Source: Octopus sinensis
Lineage: Eukaryota
Assembly (NCBI RefSeq): GCF_006345805.1
Contig: NC_043012.1
Location: forward strand, 52,948,001-53,012,000
DNA length: 64,000 nt
Direction of reading: 5' to 3'
Part shown: positions 42,009-57,223 of the stretch, piece after piece
Layout of the letters: each line of letters opens with the position of its first letter
Position numbering within the stretch: the first letter of the stretch is position 1
Position numbers and translations under genes: made by a program
The notes under the pieces: generated by a model
Told to the model about the DNA's origin: nothing
Databases searched by the model: none
The model's input: the letters and a program-made list of their open reading frames with translations, nothing else

Positions 42009-42265
42009 TGAATTAATATAAACAGTGAGGTGGAATGTGATACCATAAAGGAAAAATTCAATCATCACTAAGTGTGACCAAGGATGCCAGAGCACCTACA
42101 TTGCTAGAAATTAGACTTAGTTCTGTAAGAGGAGCACAGAAAGTATACAAACATGCTGACAGGGGAGCCAACTGCCCCATACACACATGTGTGTGTGTAC
42201 ACATATATATATATATATGCATACACATATATATATATATGCATACATATATATACATATATATG

Positions 42266-42309
<44 letters not shown>

Positions 42310-42312
42310 TAC

Positions 42313-42368
<56 letters not shown>

Positions 42369-42382
42369 TATATGTGTGTATG

Positions 42383-42416
<34 letters not shown>

Positions 42417-42621
42417 ATATATATTATATATGTGTGTGTGTGTGTGTGTGTTTATATACATATATATAGGTGTGTGTGTGTGTATGTATACACATATACT
42501 TTTCTTTTAAATTTCCAATGTTACATGTATTACTTATTTCATCGTTATACAAATAAAATTAAGTATTCACTATATTTCTTCTACATTTTCTTATATCATA
42601 TTAACTATATATATATATATT

Positions 42622-42656
<35 letters not shown>

Positions 42657-43617
42657 ATGTATTTATGTATGAATGTATATATATAATTTTTGCCCACAAA
42701 CTTACCAAAATGGCTGAGTTGGAGAGCCTCTAAAGGCTCAATAGATGTGCAAGTAATAGCACCCAAAAGACTGTCAATTCATATCCTACCACATGTGACA
42801 CATAGAAAGACACATTGTCTAGAGTAGTGGCACATTGAAAAAGGAGAGAGGTATAATGAACAACTGGACTGTCTTGACTCATAGGTCTGTTTAATCAGGA
42901 CTGACTGAACCTAGGGTTAAACTTACAACAAAAACTCTACATTTATAGATGATTCAAAGATGTTTAATCTCAATTGATAAATGTCACAAGAGTGTCAGAG
43001 AGAAGGGGAGATTGTCCAGGACTTCAAAATTCCCCTGTGTCCTCCCCTGCCAACAGTGGCTTGCTGCCACTGAACGAGATAAGCTGCAGATACTAAGGCA
43101 CTTACTTAAGGAACTCCCAAGCTTATCACCATTTCTGCCAGGTCCCAAAAGATCCATTTCTCTTTTATCAGAAAATGTGAGATTGAAACTTAGAATATAC
43201 AGAGCCAGAATAGATACTGCAAGTTATCGCACAAGCCAATCCATCAGTCTAGGCTGGTACTTTTGTTATTGATCAGAAGGAAAGGATAAAAGCCAAACCA
43301 GATCTTGTCACGATTCAAAATCAGAGCACACAGAGCCTGAACAAATACCACAAGGCATTATATCATTACATCTGCGGCTATAATGATTGCCAATTCCCTT
43401 TCTTAATCTTACAAGATAAATAATAATTTATCAATATATGTTGATCCACATACTGTTAAAATGGCCAAATAGAAGTAAACAACAATCTCTGAGTAGCCTG
43501 GTAATGAGGAATATATTTCCAAAGACCGAATAACACAGAACTGCTCATATTACGTTGCAGTATAACTAAGAAGATATCATGTAATGGGGCAATTTCATAC
43601 ATTAATGTGTGTGTGTG

Positions 43618-43780
<163 letters not shown>

Positions 43781-44250
43781 TTTATATTTATCAATCTATC
43801 TTTATTTGTGTGTCTGTGTCTGTGTATATATGTATGTATGTATCTATTTATGTATGTATATGTATTATTTCTTTCTTTTCAGGGAAATTATAGAGTAAAG
43901 ACAGTAGATAAATATTATAGCTAAAGCTTGGGTATTCTAAAAATAATTCCAAATACAGATATTGAAGATCTTAGCTACACTTCTAAACTAGAATCCATCA
44001 AACAGGCTTCTCAATTCAAAATGGCCAAATCCAACGTATCGGTTTGCAAGAAGAGAGCAATTAGTTTATTTGATTGGTTTTTAATGGAGCTTCACCAACC
44101 AAAGTCATTTGATAACAAATCCTAGATTTATAAGATTTTTCTAGCTAAAGTCTCTCTAAGCCCCTACTTTGCTTTCTATTGCAATACAGAAATCAAAAAC
44201 TGAGAATCCAACTTGAATGCAATAGAGACATAGGACAGAGAGAGAGTGAA

Positions 44251-44282
<32 letters not shown>

Positions 44283-44806
44283 TCAGACAGAGAGAAGAAG
44301 TAAGGAGCAAATAAGAAATTCAGAATCCAGTAAAGTAAGAGAGAGAGAGAGAGACTGTAAGACAGAGTTACATCATCTCTGACAGAAACACAATCCAATA
44401 TCAGATAATGGCTCAGCCAGTAAAGACAGCTAGCTAATATGCCATTTTCTTCCAAGTTCCAGTGGCTCATAAATTGATACAGTTTATAAACACACAGACA
44501 AACACAAACACATATCCGCGCGTATGTGTACATGCATATGAATGCATGTAAATATGCATATGGAAGTGTGTATATATATATATATATATACAAATACATG
44601 TATATATATATATATATGTATATATACAAATACATATATATATATATATATGTATGTATAATATATATATATATATATATATAGATATATATATATATTT
44701 ATATATGTATATATATATATATATATAACATAATATATATATATATATATACATTCATACATATACAGATGCACAAAAATTTAAACACATGTGTAGCCAT
44801 CACTGG

Positions 44807-44840
<34 letters not shown>

Positions 44841-45810
44841 ATAAATACGTATATATATATATATATATATATTAAGAGAGAGAGAGAGTTTGATAAATAG
44901 ATATGTGTATATGCATATATACATATGCAGGAAAGTATGAATGTGTTTGTGTATGTATGTGTGTGCCGTTGTCTGTGTGCATATTGTCTATGTATATGCA
45001 TAATAATAGTACATAAAAATACCAAATTCTATGGAAGTCTAACAAAATAAAAAGAAATATATATATATTACGAATGAGGGGGTGGCAGATGAAAAACAGA
45101 GAAAAAAACAATTTGTTTTGGTTATATTCTGTTTTGTTTTGCTTCATTTTTATCTTTTAGGGGGATTTTTTAATCTTTTCATTATTTTTTAATAGATGAA
45201 TGGGGTAGTCCGGGTGAGTAAAAGAATAATAAAAATAAGTTTTGAAAATGGTATTAAGGGAAGAAAAATGGAAATAATTCAAATGAAGGGGAAAAATTAG
45301 GGAGAGTAAGAGGGACGGTGGGAGGGAAAGACTAAGGGTGAAGACTAAGGGTGATGAGAATGAATAGAAATGAGGAGAGAAGATGGAGGAATGAGCATCA
45401 CAATAAAAATATCTTTAACTGATTAGATGAGAATGATCCACACCCCCATGTGACATTAACTGTGTTAGCAGCAATATATCAGTCAACAAAAACACACAAA
45501 CACACACACACACATACATACATACACGCACGCACACACACAGAAACACACACACACGCACACACGCAGAAACACAAACACACACATGCACACACACACA
45601 CACAGAAAAATAAACTCAGACACAGACATACATGTCTGTACACATACATACAGTTTTATTTCCCTCCACATATGTGTGTGTGTGTGTGTGTGTGATGCAG
45701 AGATGTAATAGAAACATGTGCACACACGGGTGTATATATATACATATATATATATATATACACACACACACACGCAAATACATTTACACAAACGCAATGT
45801 GTGTAAGCAC

Positions 45811-45869
<59 letters not shown>

Positions 45870-46197
45870 ATGAGATAATCATATTTATGTATTCACATAC
45901 AGACCAACATATATACATTTCTACACATATGTATACATATATATATATTCTATATGATACATATATGCATGTGTGTGTGTGTACACATACATATTGAAAT
46001 ATTCAGTTATAAAAGTGCAGCATATATTTATGCATCATTTGTCATATACACACACACACACACACGTATATCCATGACTATAAATGTATAGATGCACAAA
46101 AATGCATATCCATGTGTATTCATAAATGCATGCATGCACACACACACACACAACTACAGATGCACAAAAATTTAAATACATGTGTAGCCATCACTGG

Positions 46198-46237
<40 letters not shown>

Positions 46238-46874
46238 GTGTGTGTGTGTATAAATATATATAACATAACCATAAGAAATCAAACCTACTCACACACAAAT
46301 CTTTTGTAAGAACACATGAACTCTTACATCATTATCATCATCTAGTGTTTTAAATCTGGGTTTTGTCCCCCATTAACTGGGCTGGCCGAATCAACCTCAA
46401 TGCCATAGTAACCGAGGTAGGCAAGTGCAGCCCACCCCAACCTTTAGGCTGGCTGGTGCCCATTTTCCTTTGCTGTCCTGGGGCTTTTTTGGAGCTGGAT
46501 TTTCTATGGGGAGCATGCCCTCTTGCTTACCCTCAACCTCAGTTTCTAGACATGAATGGTCCTGAGACCAAGGGCTCTATCATAATTTTTAATAATGTGG
46601 CTGAAAACTAGCTCAGGAGGCAGTGTACGAGCCCCCACTACACACATATATACAAATGTATTTGTGCCTAAGCAGATAGATATGTACCACTTAAATCAGA
46701 GAGGAATTCATAGACATAAGTACATAATGCCTTGGACACATACACAGTCTTTTCCATACATGAAAAGTCATACACACAGTTGTAAGCTGATGCACACATA
46801 TACATACATGCATACAAACACAAGCATTTACAAATAAAATGAACTGGCATAAAAAAAAATCACTGGTGAATGTA

Positions 46875-46925
<51 letters not shown>

Positions 46926-47211
46926 ATATATATGTATATATTTCTGTTGGGCATTGCAATACTAGTAATCTGGTGTTAGAACTCAATACAGATATGGTTT
47001 GGTACGAAGCATCAGACAAGTACAAAGCAGTAGTAATAAGAAATTGGGACAACAAAGGAATAAACAATAATATTGTGAATGTCATTAGCTTACAACTGTT
47101 TCTGCTATCTGATGTAATACACTCGTAGTTGGGTGCTTGAGTATCATTCTGTAGCTTCATCAAGGTTTCAAACATGAAGTGCCTTGTATATACAATGCTT
47201 ATATATATATA

Positions 47212-47388
47212 GGCATAGGAGTGGGTGTCTGGTAAGTAGCTTGCTCACGAACCACATGGTTCTGTGTTCAGTCTCATTGTGTGGCACCTTAGGCAAGTGT
47301 CTTCTACTATAGCCTCGGGCCAACCAAAGCCTTGTGAGTGAATTTGGCAGACAGAAACTGAAAGTAGCCCATTGTATATATATGTATA

Positions 47389-47440
<52 letters not shown>

Positions 47441-47648
47441 TGTGTGTATGTATGTTTGTGTGTTTGTCCCCCAATATCGCTTCACAACCGATGCTGGTGT
47501 GTTTACGTCCCTGTAACTTAGCGGTTTGGCAAAAGAAACAGATACAATAAGTACTAGGCTTACAAAGAATAAGTTCTGGAGTCGATTTGCTCAACTAAAG
47601 GCGGTGCTCCAGCATGGCCGCAGTCAAATGATTGAAACAAGTAAAATA
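47212..47648 (+). mobile_element. SINE family A
   Basis: Full length with internal (TG)n. Confidence 0.9.
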
Positions 47649-48778
47649 GTATATATGTATGTATATATATATACAGCCGAAATCACTAAGATGATCCGGT
47701 TCCCGACTGAAGATTAGAGGCTTCAAGTGACCCGTTGGTTTTTTGTGTCGTCTCCTTGTGTGTTTTTGCGTTCTTGTCCCACTTTGTAATTTATATTTTA
47801 TGTTAAATTCTATACATATATATATATATATATACATACACAAACATACACATACATGTGTGTGCGTGAGAGTGTATGAACATTATCATCATCATCATCA
47901 TCATCACTCAACATCCATTTTCCATGCTGGCTAAACATGATCCAGCAAGCTGCAGGACAATCCAATCTTCAGTATTAGCTTTGGCATGGTTGCTATTGCT
48001 GGATCACTTTCCTGTTGCCAACCACTTTAGGGTGTGTACTGGGTAAGTTTTTTTTTCTTTTACCTGACACCAACACTTGCAAGGTCGCAAAGTAACATGC
48101 AAGGCAAACAAGGAAAAAAACTCTCCACAACAGGATGGAAGTGTATCTGAGAGAAGGTGGGGTTGGAGTGGGGTCTTTATGCCAGGTACTGGAGGGATAA
48201 TGTACGATAGTATGTCAAGCACAAGAGTCTTATTACAGGGGAGATAAAAATAATGGGGGGATGAAATGCAGAGTGTACTCTCAAGGTACAAGAAGGTGAA
48301 TATAAGAAAGAATATGAAAGAGAGCTTATGGTGGGAGAGAGAGAGGATCAGAAAATTCATAAAGTTATGAGATGAGATGGTTAGAGACAGTGGTAGAGGT
48401 ACTATCCTACTTTATGGCACTTTAGTGAAATGAATTCAACTGGAGCCACAAGGCAATCAATACTCTGTGAGGAGAAACAAATTGACTGAAACTGTACAGG
48501 AGTGAGCCACATATATATCTGTTCATTTGTTTAATATTCATTGCTGTTCTGCATTTTTAAAGAGTTATGTGTGACAGGAATTTTGTGGCTAGATTCTCAT
48601 TTACCAACACATATGTGACCCACCATTTTTAATGTTAACAAGCAGTGAGAGGCAGCATCACTTGTACTACTTTGATCAAGTCGTGACAAGTGTCACATAT
48701 AAACAAACATGCTCATTTACATACATACACACACAGGCATCCCTATAAATAAATATATATACATATATATATATATAT

Positions 48779-48823
<45 letters not shown>

Positions 48824-49213
48824 ATATGTGTGTGTATATATATATATATATATATAATATATATATATATATACACACATATATACACACACACATACAT
48901 AGCTAGATTGGCCTTCATACTGGCAAGAAGGGATAAACATGAATCTCTGTGATTCATCCACTGCTGCAGTGTTGCCCGATGAAATGAGTCAATGATGATG
49001 ATGATCAACCAGATGCCCATGGATAATACAGACTATACTGCACTCATCCCAAGGATATGGACTCTGATGTTAAAGGTCATGTGATTTATGGAAATGTACG
49101 TAGCGGTGTATTAAATATTTATAAATTCCATCCTGGAATTATAGTTATTATTATACACACATATACATATACATATATATATATTATATATATATTATAT
49201 ATATATATATATT

Positions 49214-50457
49214 CAGGGTGTTCCAAAATTAAGGCAACAGACTTTTTTGATTTTGCCAAAGCAAAATATTGTTATATTTCGGGTCTGAGCATTGTAATGC
49301 AATGGTATAGGAAACACAATTATGACACTACTACAGTTATTTGATGGGACCACCTCTGTTTTAAATCATAGCCTCAAGTCTCGGTGTGAATGTTTCACAC
49401 ACAGCATGCAGCTGTTCCTGCAGAATTAAAGCCCATTCCTGGCACAGGTTTGCCTTCAGAGTGTTGAGCAAAGTATGAGGAGTACTCAAGACACTCGTCT
49501 CTAAAATGGATCCAACAGGGTGAAATTGTGCTTCTTAAGGGTCATACATCCTTGTCTATGAACGAGGAGATGTTTTTCTGAATCCAGTATTATGGCTGTT
49601 TGGAGCTGTCAGATGGTACTAAGTCTTGTTGGAGATTCCAAGGTATGCCTTAAAAGTGATCATTTTCCCATGGCAACAGTTCAGCTTCCAGAATGTCACA
49701 AATGTATCACTGGGGGTTATTTTTAACAACCGGGGACCCCAAAACAAGGTGAGAACTTCCAGTGGCTGTCACAGCTGCCCAAACTATAAGTGACAGTGGA
49801 TTTTGATGTCAATTTACGAGCCTGCCCTCAACGGAGCCAGATACACTTCAAACTTGGTCATTCTGGTGGTTAACTGTCTGTTCGATGTCAAATTTCTTTT
49901 CATCAGTGAACACCGGGTTGGGCAGTGTGCCTTCAGCAATCTGAGACAGGATAAGACGATTTCTCTCCAGTCTCAAGGCCTTATAAACTTGCATGAGCTC
50001 ATGTCAGTGGATCATCTTGTAGGAATGGATCCTGAGATCCTCCTTCAACACTCAATACATCAATGTTCAGCTTAATTTTGCTGCAACAGCTAGTTTTCTG
50101 ATGGAACGAGGATTTTGCCATCTGGTATTTTTGATAAGCTGAGGGGTCCACACACTTCTTTTTCAGCCACATCCTGGTTGCTCAGTAGTGGAACCAGTCT
50201 CTTGAAATTTCTTGACAATTTTCCAGACTCATTCAGTTAATTTTAAGCTTTTTTGCAATAATGTATTACTTTCGCCTCCCATGTGGAGGGATATGATTGT
50301 ATTTTGGTCTATAGCCAGTATCTAATTCATAAATCTGAATTTATTTAGTCTGAAACAAAAAGACACACTAAGCTTCTATAATGATGTATAATTTTCATAT
50401 CTTATCACATTTATTGATACACCATAACTTCAGTTGCCTTAATTTCAGGACAACCTG
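49214..50457 (-). mobile_element. Tc1/mariner element, near full length, decayed transposase (maT/DD37D-like tentative)
   Basis: TIRs CAGGGTGTTCCAAAATTAAGGCAAC / CAGGTTGTCCTGAAATTAAGGCAAC, with TA on the right flank and a TA run on the left. Fragments KKFQETGS, VFTDEKKFDIEQTVNHQND, WAAVTATG, NLQQD. The third catalytic residue is not readable. Confidence 0.85.
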
Positions 50458-50947
50458 TACATATATATATATATATATATAGAAAGTACTAGGCACATAA
50501 AAAATAAATCCTCGAATCAATTTCTTTCACAAAAAAAACCCCTTTAAGATGGTGCTCCAGCATGGCTGTAGTCAAATGACTGAAATGAGTAACAGAATAG
50601 AAGAATATATGTGTGTACGTGCATGTGTATAAGTGTAATATATATATGTATATATATGTGAGTGTGTGTATATATATATATGTGTGTGTATGTATATATA
50701 TATATACATACACACATATATATATATATATATGTGTGTGTGTATGTGTGTGTATATGTATGTATATATATATGTATGTATGTGTGTGTATAGCAAAACA
50801 GCCAACAACTGAAGAAGAGCTGTTCTTTATGTTTGTCTTCTTTTCCATGTGTGTCTTGTTGCTGTTTGAAAAAATAGTTCATATTCCATGTACTCATACT
50901 TCGTATTTTTTTGTAGTACACGGTTTGTGATGCCGTGTGCACACATA

Positions 50948-50996
<49 letters not shown>

Positions 50997-51186
50997 GTAT
51001 TAATTTATAAAAATATGGTAAAGTAAAAAAATTCACTTTACCACACACCGAACTTTTCAGAAATAGCAGCCAAAAATATGGCTATTTCTTCAACTGCAAA
51101 TAAAAGTCTCCAGACAATGCATACTCAGAAAATAACTCACATAGGTATAAGGGAAAAACAATGAAAGATCACATCCATATACGATA

Positions 51187-51248
51187 CCCGAGGACAGTCT
51201 GTTTCTGGATTTGTGGGTAAAACGCCACTTTTCCTTCATCAGCTCAGA
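51187..51248 (-). ncRNA. Type I hammerhead ribozyme, intact core, extended stem II
   Basis: TCTGAG-CTGATGA-A-GGA-AAA-GTGG-CGTTTTAC-CCAC-AAA-TCC-A-GAAAC-AGACT-GTC-CTCGGG. 6-bp stem I (two G.U), GUC site, near-palindromic ACAG-A-CTGT stem III. A.A mismatch at 10.1/11.1. Predicted cut between 51193 and 51192. Confidence 0.7.
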
Positions 51249-51424
51249 GATTTCTTCTTATTTAGATTTGAAAATACTAAGAATCAAACATACCCGTCCG
51301 ATATCTGTAACATCGGACAAACCATGCCAGACACCCAGTACTAGCGAATCCAAAAATACGAATGAGATCTATTATTCTCCCTGTCCACCCAGTTGTGTGA
51401 ATTGTGTGCAAAAATGTGTAATAG

Positions 51425-51588
51425 GTGCTAGAGTGGCTGTGTGGTAAGTAGCTTGCTAATGAACCACATGGTTCTGGGTTCAGTCCCACTGCGTGGCACC
51501 TTGGCAATGTGTCTCCTACTATAGCCTCGGGCCGACCAAAGCCTTGTGAGTGGATTTGGTAGACGGAAACTGAAAGAAGCCTGTCGTA

Positions 51589-51673
<85 letters not shown>

Positions 51674-51868
51674 CTGTGTTTGTCCCCCCAACATCACTTG
51701 ACAACCGATGCTAGAGTGTTTATGTCTCTGTAACTTAGCGGTTCGGCAAAACAAGGCCGATAGAATAAGTACGAGGCTTACAAAGTATAAGTCCAAGGGT
51801 CGATTTGCTCGACTAAAGGCAGTGCTCCAGCATGGCTACAGTTAAAATGACTGAAACAAGTAAAAGTA
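51425..51868 (+). mobile_element. SINE family A
   Basis: Full length with internal (TA)n(TG)n. Confidence 0.9.
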
Positions 51869-51928
51869 AGATAGAAAGAAAGAAATATATATATATATAT
51901 ATCTACGTATAGATGTGAGTATGTACAT

Positions 51929-51959
<31 letters not shown>

Positions 51960-51962
51960 TAT

Positions 51963-52006
<44 letters not shown>

Positions 52007-55000
52007 GTGGGCTCCCTGCAGTTTCTGACTACCAAAGTCTCTTGTATGGTATCAATCTTGGTCAACCCAAAGCTGCACAGTGAGACCAAATACCAAACTT
52101 CATGATGGCTGGGGAAGGAGTGAACGATATTTTCACCCTGCGTTAGTTTGTTTATGTCCCCATAACTTAACGGCTCGACAAAAGACTCCAATACAGTAAG
52201 TACTGGGCTACAAAAAAAAAGTACTGAGGTAAATTTGCTCAACTTAACCCTTGTAGACAATAACCCAGCTCACACACAAACACTGGTACTCTGCTGGTTG
52301 AAATTAATATGCAAGTAGCTGAGTGCTCCACAGACATGCATATCCTTAACATAGTTCTCAGGAAGACTAAGTATCACACAGAATGTGAGAAGGCTGGCTG
52401 TTTTGAAATCCAGGTACTACTCATTTTTGCTAGTTGAGTGGACTGGAGTAAAGTGAAATAAAGTGTCTTGCTCAAGGTCGCAATGTGCCGCCAGGAATCA
52501 AACTCATGATCTTATGATAGTGATCAGAATCCCCTTTACCTCTAAGCCACATGCCTTCACACACATGCACACACACATAGGTTTATAGTATTTGTGGGCT
52601 CAGTAAGCTTAAAGTTTAATCCAACTGATGCTAGTCTGGGAACAAAACAGGGCCACAACAATGTAAATGATAATACAAACACACATGCACACATATATGA
52701 ATGGTAAAGAAATTGTTCCAATGGCAGAGAGGGGGGAGGAGAGAGGGACGGTGGGAGGGAGAGATAGAAAGAAGAGCGAGAGATAGGTGGGGGAAATGCT
52801 TGGTAAAGAGAAGAGGAAGAAGAAAGAAAATGGAGAAACAATGAAAAGGGGAGAGAAGAAGGAAAGCGTTGAATGATGAAAGAAGAAAATGGAAAAGGAA
52901 AGAAAAAATAAAAGGGAATGAGAAGAAATTTGAGAGAAGGAAAAGAGATGACAAGAGAAACAGCATCAGTAACCTCTTGTTTAGTAGTGAAGATGAAGAA
53001 GAAGATGCAGAGATGATGATGGTTAGGATGAAAATGATGATGAGGAGGAGGGGATGGAAGGGGAGGAGAGCAGAGGGGAGAGGAAGAGGAAGCGTAAGAG
53101 GAGAAGGGGTGAGAGGAAGTGTGGTGCAAGGAGAGGTGATGATGATGATGACAATGATGATTGTGATGATGATGACAATGATGATTGTGATGATGATGAT
53201 GAAGAGGAGAGGGAGAAGGAGGAGGTGTGAGGAAAGGAGAGGTGATGATGGCGATGAGGATTGTTATGATGATGAAGAAGGAGATGGGGAGAAGGAGGAG
53301 TTGGGGTTTGGCAGGGAGACATACACTGATCAATGTGGTGAAGGAAAGCCTCTAATCTCGACTTGTTCCCCTGCCTCGCTCCCCCACCGGCACTGCCACT
53401 ATTATGGCTGCTGCTGCTGTCATTGCTGCTGCTGCTGCTGCTACCGCTGCTAATGTCACAGCCATTCAGTTTTCTCTTTGCTCTTAAGATTCAGTGAAAT
53501 CCTAATGAGAGAGAAACTGTGCTTTAAAAACAACAACATTAACAACAACAACGACGATGATGATGATAATAATAGTAATAGCAATAATAAAAAAAAACAA
53601 CACTAACAATAATAACAAAAAACAAATTTCTTTGTTTTTGTTATTTTTTCTCAGTGGCATATTTTTTGTTACATTTTGTTACAATTTGTTATTTTTAAAG
53701 AATTTTAATTTATTTTCCTATTTTTAAATTATTTCATTTTTTTCATCATTATTATTATTATATTTATATGTTTTTTTGAGCTTTTTGTATTGTGTTTTAT
53801 TTTTGTGCCATGAACATAATCGTCATGATGTTGGAGCTGAGCTTGGGTCTTTTGGCTGTGGTAGTGGTGGTGGTGGTGGCAGCGGTGGTGGCCAATAGGT
53901 CGGCTGCGGTCGCTAAGGCATGGCAAAGCATTCATAAAATATTCCAGACACATAGACATGGATGCGTACACAGACACACACACACATATGCATGCATAAG
54001 CACATGCACACAAACATACACACAAACAGTGGACAAGCATACACACATGCTCATATGTGTGTGTGTGTGTGTGAACACATAGTCATACAAACACATGTAG
54101 TAGATACCTCACACAGACAGGCACACATATATATACACACACACATGCATCTGCACATACACATAGAGAGATGCACACAGAAACAGACTGCATCAAACTC
54201 AAGCATAAACATACACACATGCACACAGACAGGCAAGCACACATATACACACATACACGCCTGTGCACACACATACATACATATATACACATTACATATA
54301 CACATTCACACATATACACACAAAGGCAAGCACAAATGCACTCACATACACACACATGTACATACATATACACACATAAATACATACAGATACACACACA
54401 CATACACAGGCACACTCACACACACACACACGTGTACATACATACATATACACACACGTGTGCATACATATATATGGACACATACATACACACACAGAGG
54501 CACATGCACAAACACACACATACACACACACACAGAGGCACATGCACACACACACACATACACACACACACAGAGGCACATGCACACACACACACATGCC
54601 GCTGACTACTCCAGTGCTGTGCCATTGGATCAAGATCATCATAATCTTTCACTGATCCTAAACTGGATGTCAGCTCCATCTGGTGGTGATCTCTGGTTAG
54701 CTAGTTTAGGGAATATTTCATGTAATTCACTTAGTCGTAGCAATATTGATTGTTGTTGTTTTGTATTTTTGTTCTTTATTTCGTTTTCCCGTTTTTTTTT
54801 TTGCATGTGTAATCGTTATTGTTGTTGTTGTCATTGGTGGCGGTGGTGGTAGTGGTGGTGGTGGTGGTGGTGGCAGCAGTGCATGGTAGAGGAGGTAGGA
54901 GAGGTGGGCGGGGGGGTTGCTCTCATCACAATGCACAACCATTGGTCTGGTCTCGGAAAGCAAAAACGAGAACTGGTGAGCGTGGTGGTGGTGGTGGGAA

Positions 55001-56996
55001 GGAGGGAGGAAGAGTAAGCAGAGGGTAGGGTAGGTGAAGGGAGAGGAAAAAGGGAGAGAGAGAGAGAAAGAGATGCAGGCAAGACAGCAAGAGTGATGGT
55101 GGTGGTGATTGCAGAGGGAATGCACTGGAGGTCTCTTAGAGAGGGAGAGAGAGAGAGAGAAAGAAGAGTGTAATTGGTTGGACGGTTGTTGTTATTGTCC
55201 TTAGAGGTGGTGACGGTGGTGGTGTTGGTGGTGTAAATATGTGTGCACATGCAAGAATTAGCAGAAGATCTCGGCATTTGTGGCAGTCTGCACCAATACG
55301 TGCATATTAGTTCGAATTAGGTAGATGAATGAGGAGAAAGAAAAGGAGGTGGAGAAAGAAAGAGGGAGACACCGAGAGAGAGAGAGAGAGAGACAAAGAG
55401 AAAGAAACTGAGAGATAAAAGAGCAAGGACGGTCAAAAAGAAAAGACGGGGAGTGTGGGTGGGGGGCACAACCGATACCACTGCCATCACCACCACTACA
55501 ACTATTACTACCACTACTACAATAGCAACTTCAAATAATCACCAAGATGTAGCCGTTTCTCTCCCAATTGCTGCTGTCCAGTCCAGTGAAAGAACTTTCA
55601 GGTCCTTTAGTTACTTCTCTTTGTCTTTGTCACTTCCAGGAATGGCGATGGTTTTGTGGTAGAAGGCGGTGGGGCGCGAGGGAAGGAGAGAGAACATGGG
55701 GAAGTGATTGTCCTTTTTAAGAATTTCCCTTTGCTTTTCTTTTTGTCTTTCTTTTTTTCATGCTTTTTTCCTTCTTTTTTTTTTTTTTTTTTTGTCTTGT
55801 GTGCGTTGTCAAATGATTCATGGCGGCTGTGTAATCTGGTGCTCATAACAGTGGACATTAACTGGGATTTCAAAGCTGTTCCTTCAGATGTCTGTTGAAA
55901 GAAACTACATGGTACTCACTTCCTTGGTTCCATAAGAAATTAGGTTAATAATATGGGAGCAGGAAAGAACGAATGCAAGAAAAGAAGGAAGGCAGGAAAG
56001 AAAACAAAAGAACAAAAGGAGAGAAAGAGAGAAGGAGAGAGGGAGGAGATGGTAAAGAGATTGTTAAGTCAATTTAAAACAATAGAGTGGTTCGATAAGA
56101 AATAAGAAATGAAATCTTATCCTCACATAAAAACCACTGCACCTTTGTATGAAATGGTCAAGGAGTAAGGTTAGGGGCTTCGAGCTGGGTGCAATAGATG
56201 AAAATCCACCAAGAATCTCGGGGAATTAATTCTTACTTTTAAAGACTTATCTTCGACTCCAGCCAGGCTGCTACTCAAACGCGAATGTCATTTTACAAGA
56301 GAAAATCTTTGATAGAAAGCAGAAGCATACATTATCACAATGGCAAATTAATGCCTTGCAGACGTTTGGAGTGGAGGAAGAAATAATATATATTAAGGCC
56401 AGTCGATTTCATGATCTTGTTCTTCGTGTTGTGAGCAAGAAAACAAAGGTTCTATTGACTTAAAGTGCGTGCGTCTGTGTGTGAGTGCACGTCAGTGCAT
56501 ACCCATGTGTAAATGAGTGCATATGTGTGAGTGCGTATACACATGTGTGTGTCTGTGTGTGTGTGTGTGCATATAAAATATAGACTGCAACAAACGGTAA
56601 ATGTCTAGAAGCTCCATTAACTTAATTCTGTTGTTGCATATGGTTCCTATTTGGTTGACAGAATGGAGATATTCAAGAGAGATATGGCTGCTGCATTGAA
56701 CAGATTGTGTGAATATTTCCGATATTTCCTCAGTAATGCATATCTGCTGTGGCCATCATTAAAGAATCCACTCTTACAAAGAATTGTACTGGGTAACCAA
56801 AACAAATTCAACATGACCCCACCACATACACATACAGACAGACAGACATACACACACACACAGTGTTCTGCATAAGCAACCTCTATGTGGTCACTATACC
56901 CACCACAAGTAAGGACCAAGTTTTCCCCAAATCCCAGTTCACAGTAGAAAATTTTTTAAAAACGAAAAGGAAACAAGATGTCAGATACAGACATTA

Positions 56997-57171
56997 TTGT
57001 GTAATTAGGAAGTTTGCTTTGCAGGTTTCAGGTTCAGTCCCACTACACAGCACCTTGGGCAAGTGTCTTCTATTATAGCACAAGGCCGGCCAATTCCTTG
57101 TGAAAGAACAGAGTAGCTGGAAAATGTGTGGAAACATGTATGCATATAAACACACACACACCTGTGTGTGT

Positions 57172-57223
<52 letters not shown>

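Noticed and set aside
47675-47735. GCCGAAA...CTGAAGA words
   Set aside because: Wrong order and no closing stems for any hammerhead topology.
49880-49900. CTGATGA...GAAA on the minus strand
   Set aside because: This encodes the transposase FTDEKKF motif; no stems.
51211-51507. ORFs on both strands treated as exons
   Set aside because: The required intron would be only 37 nt; the block is better explained as the hammerhead-bearing element.
52557-53453. 258-aa (-) and 194-aa (+) ORFs
   Set aside because: GA-rich and GAT low-complexity sequence, open on both strands, no domain.
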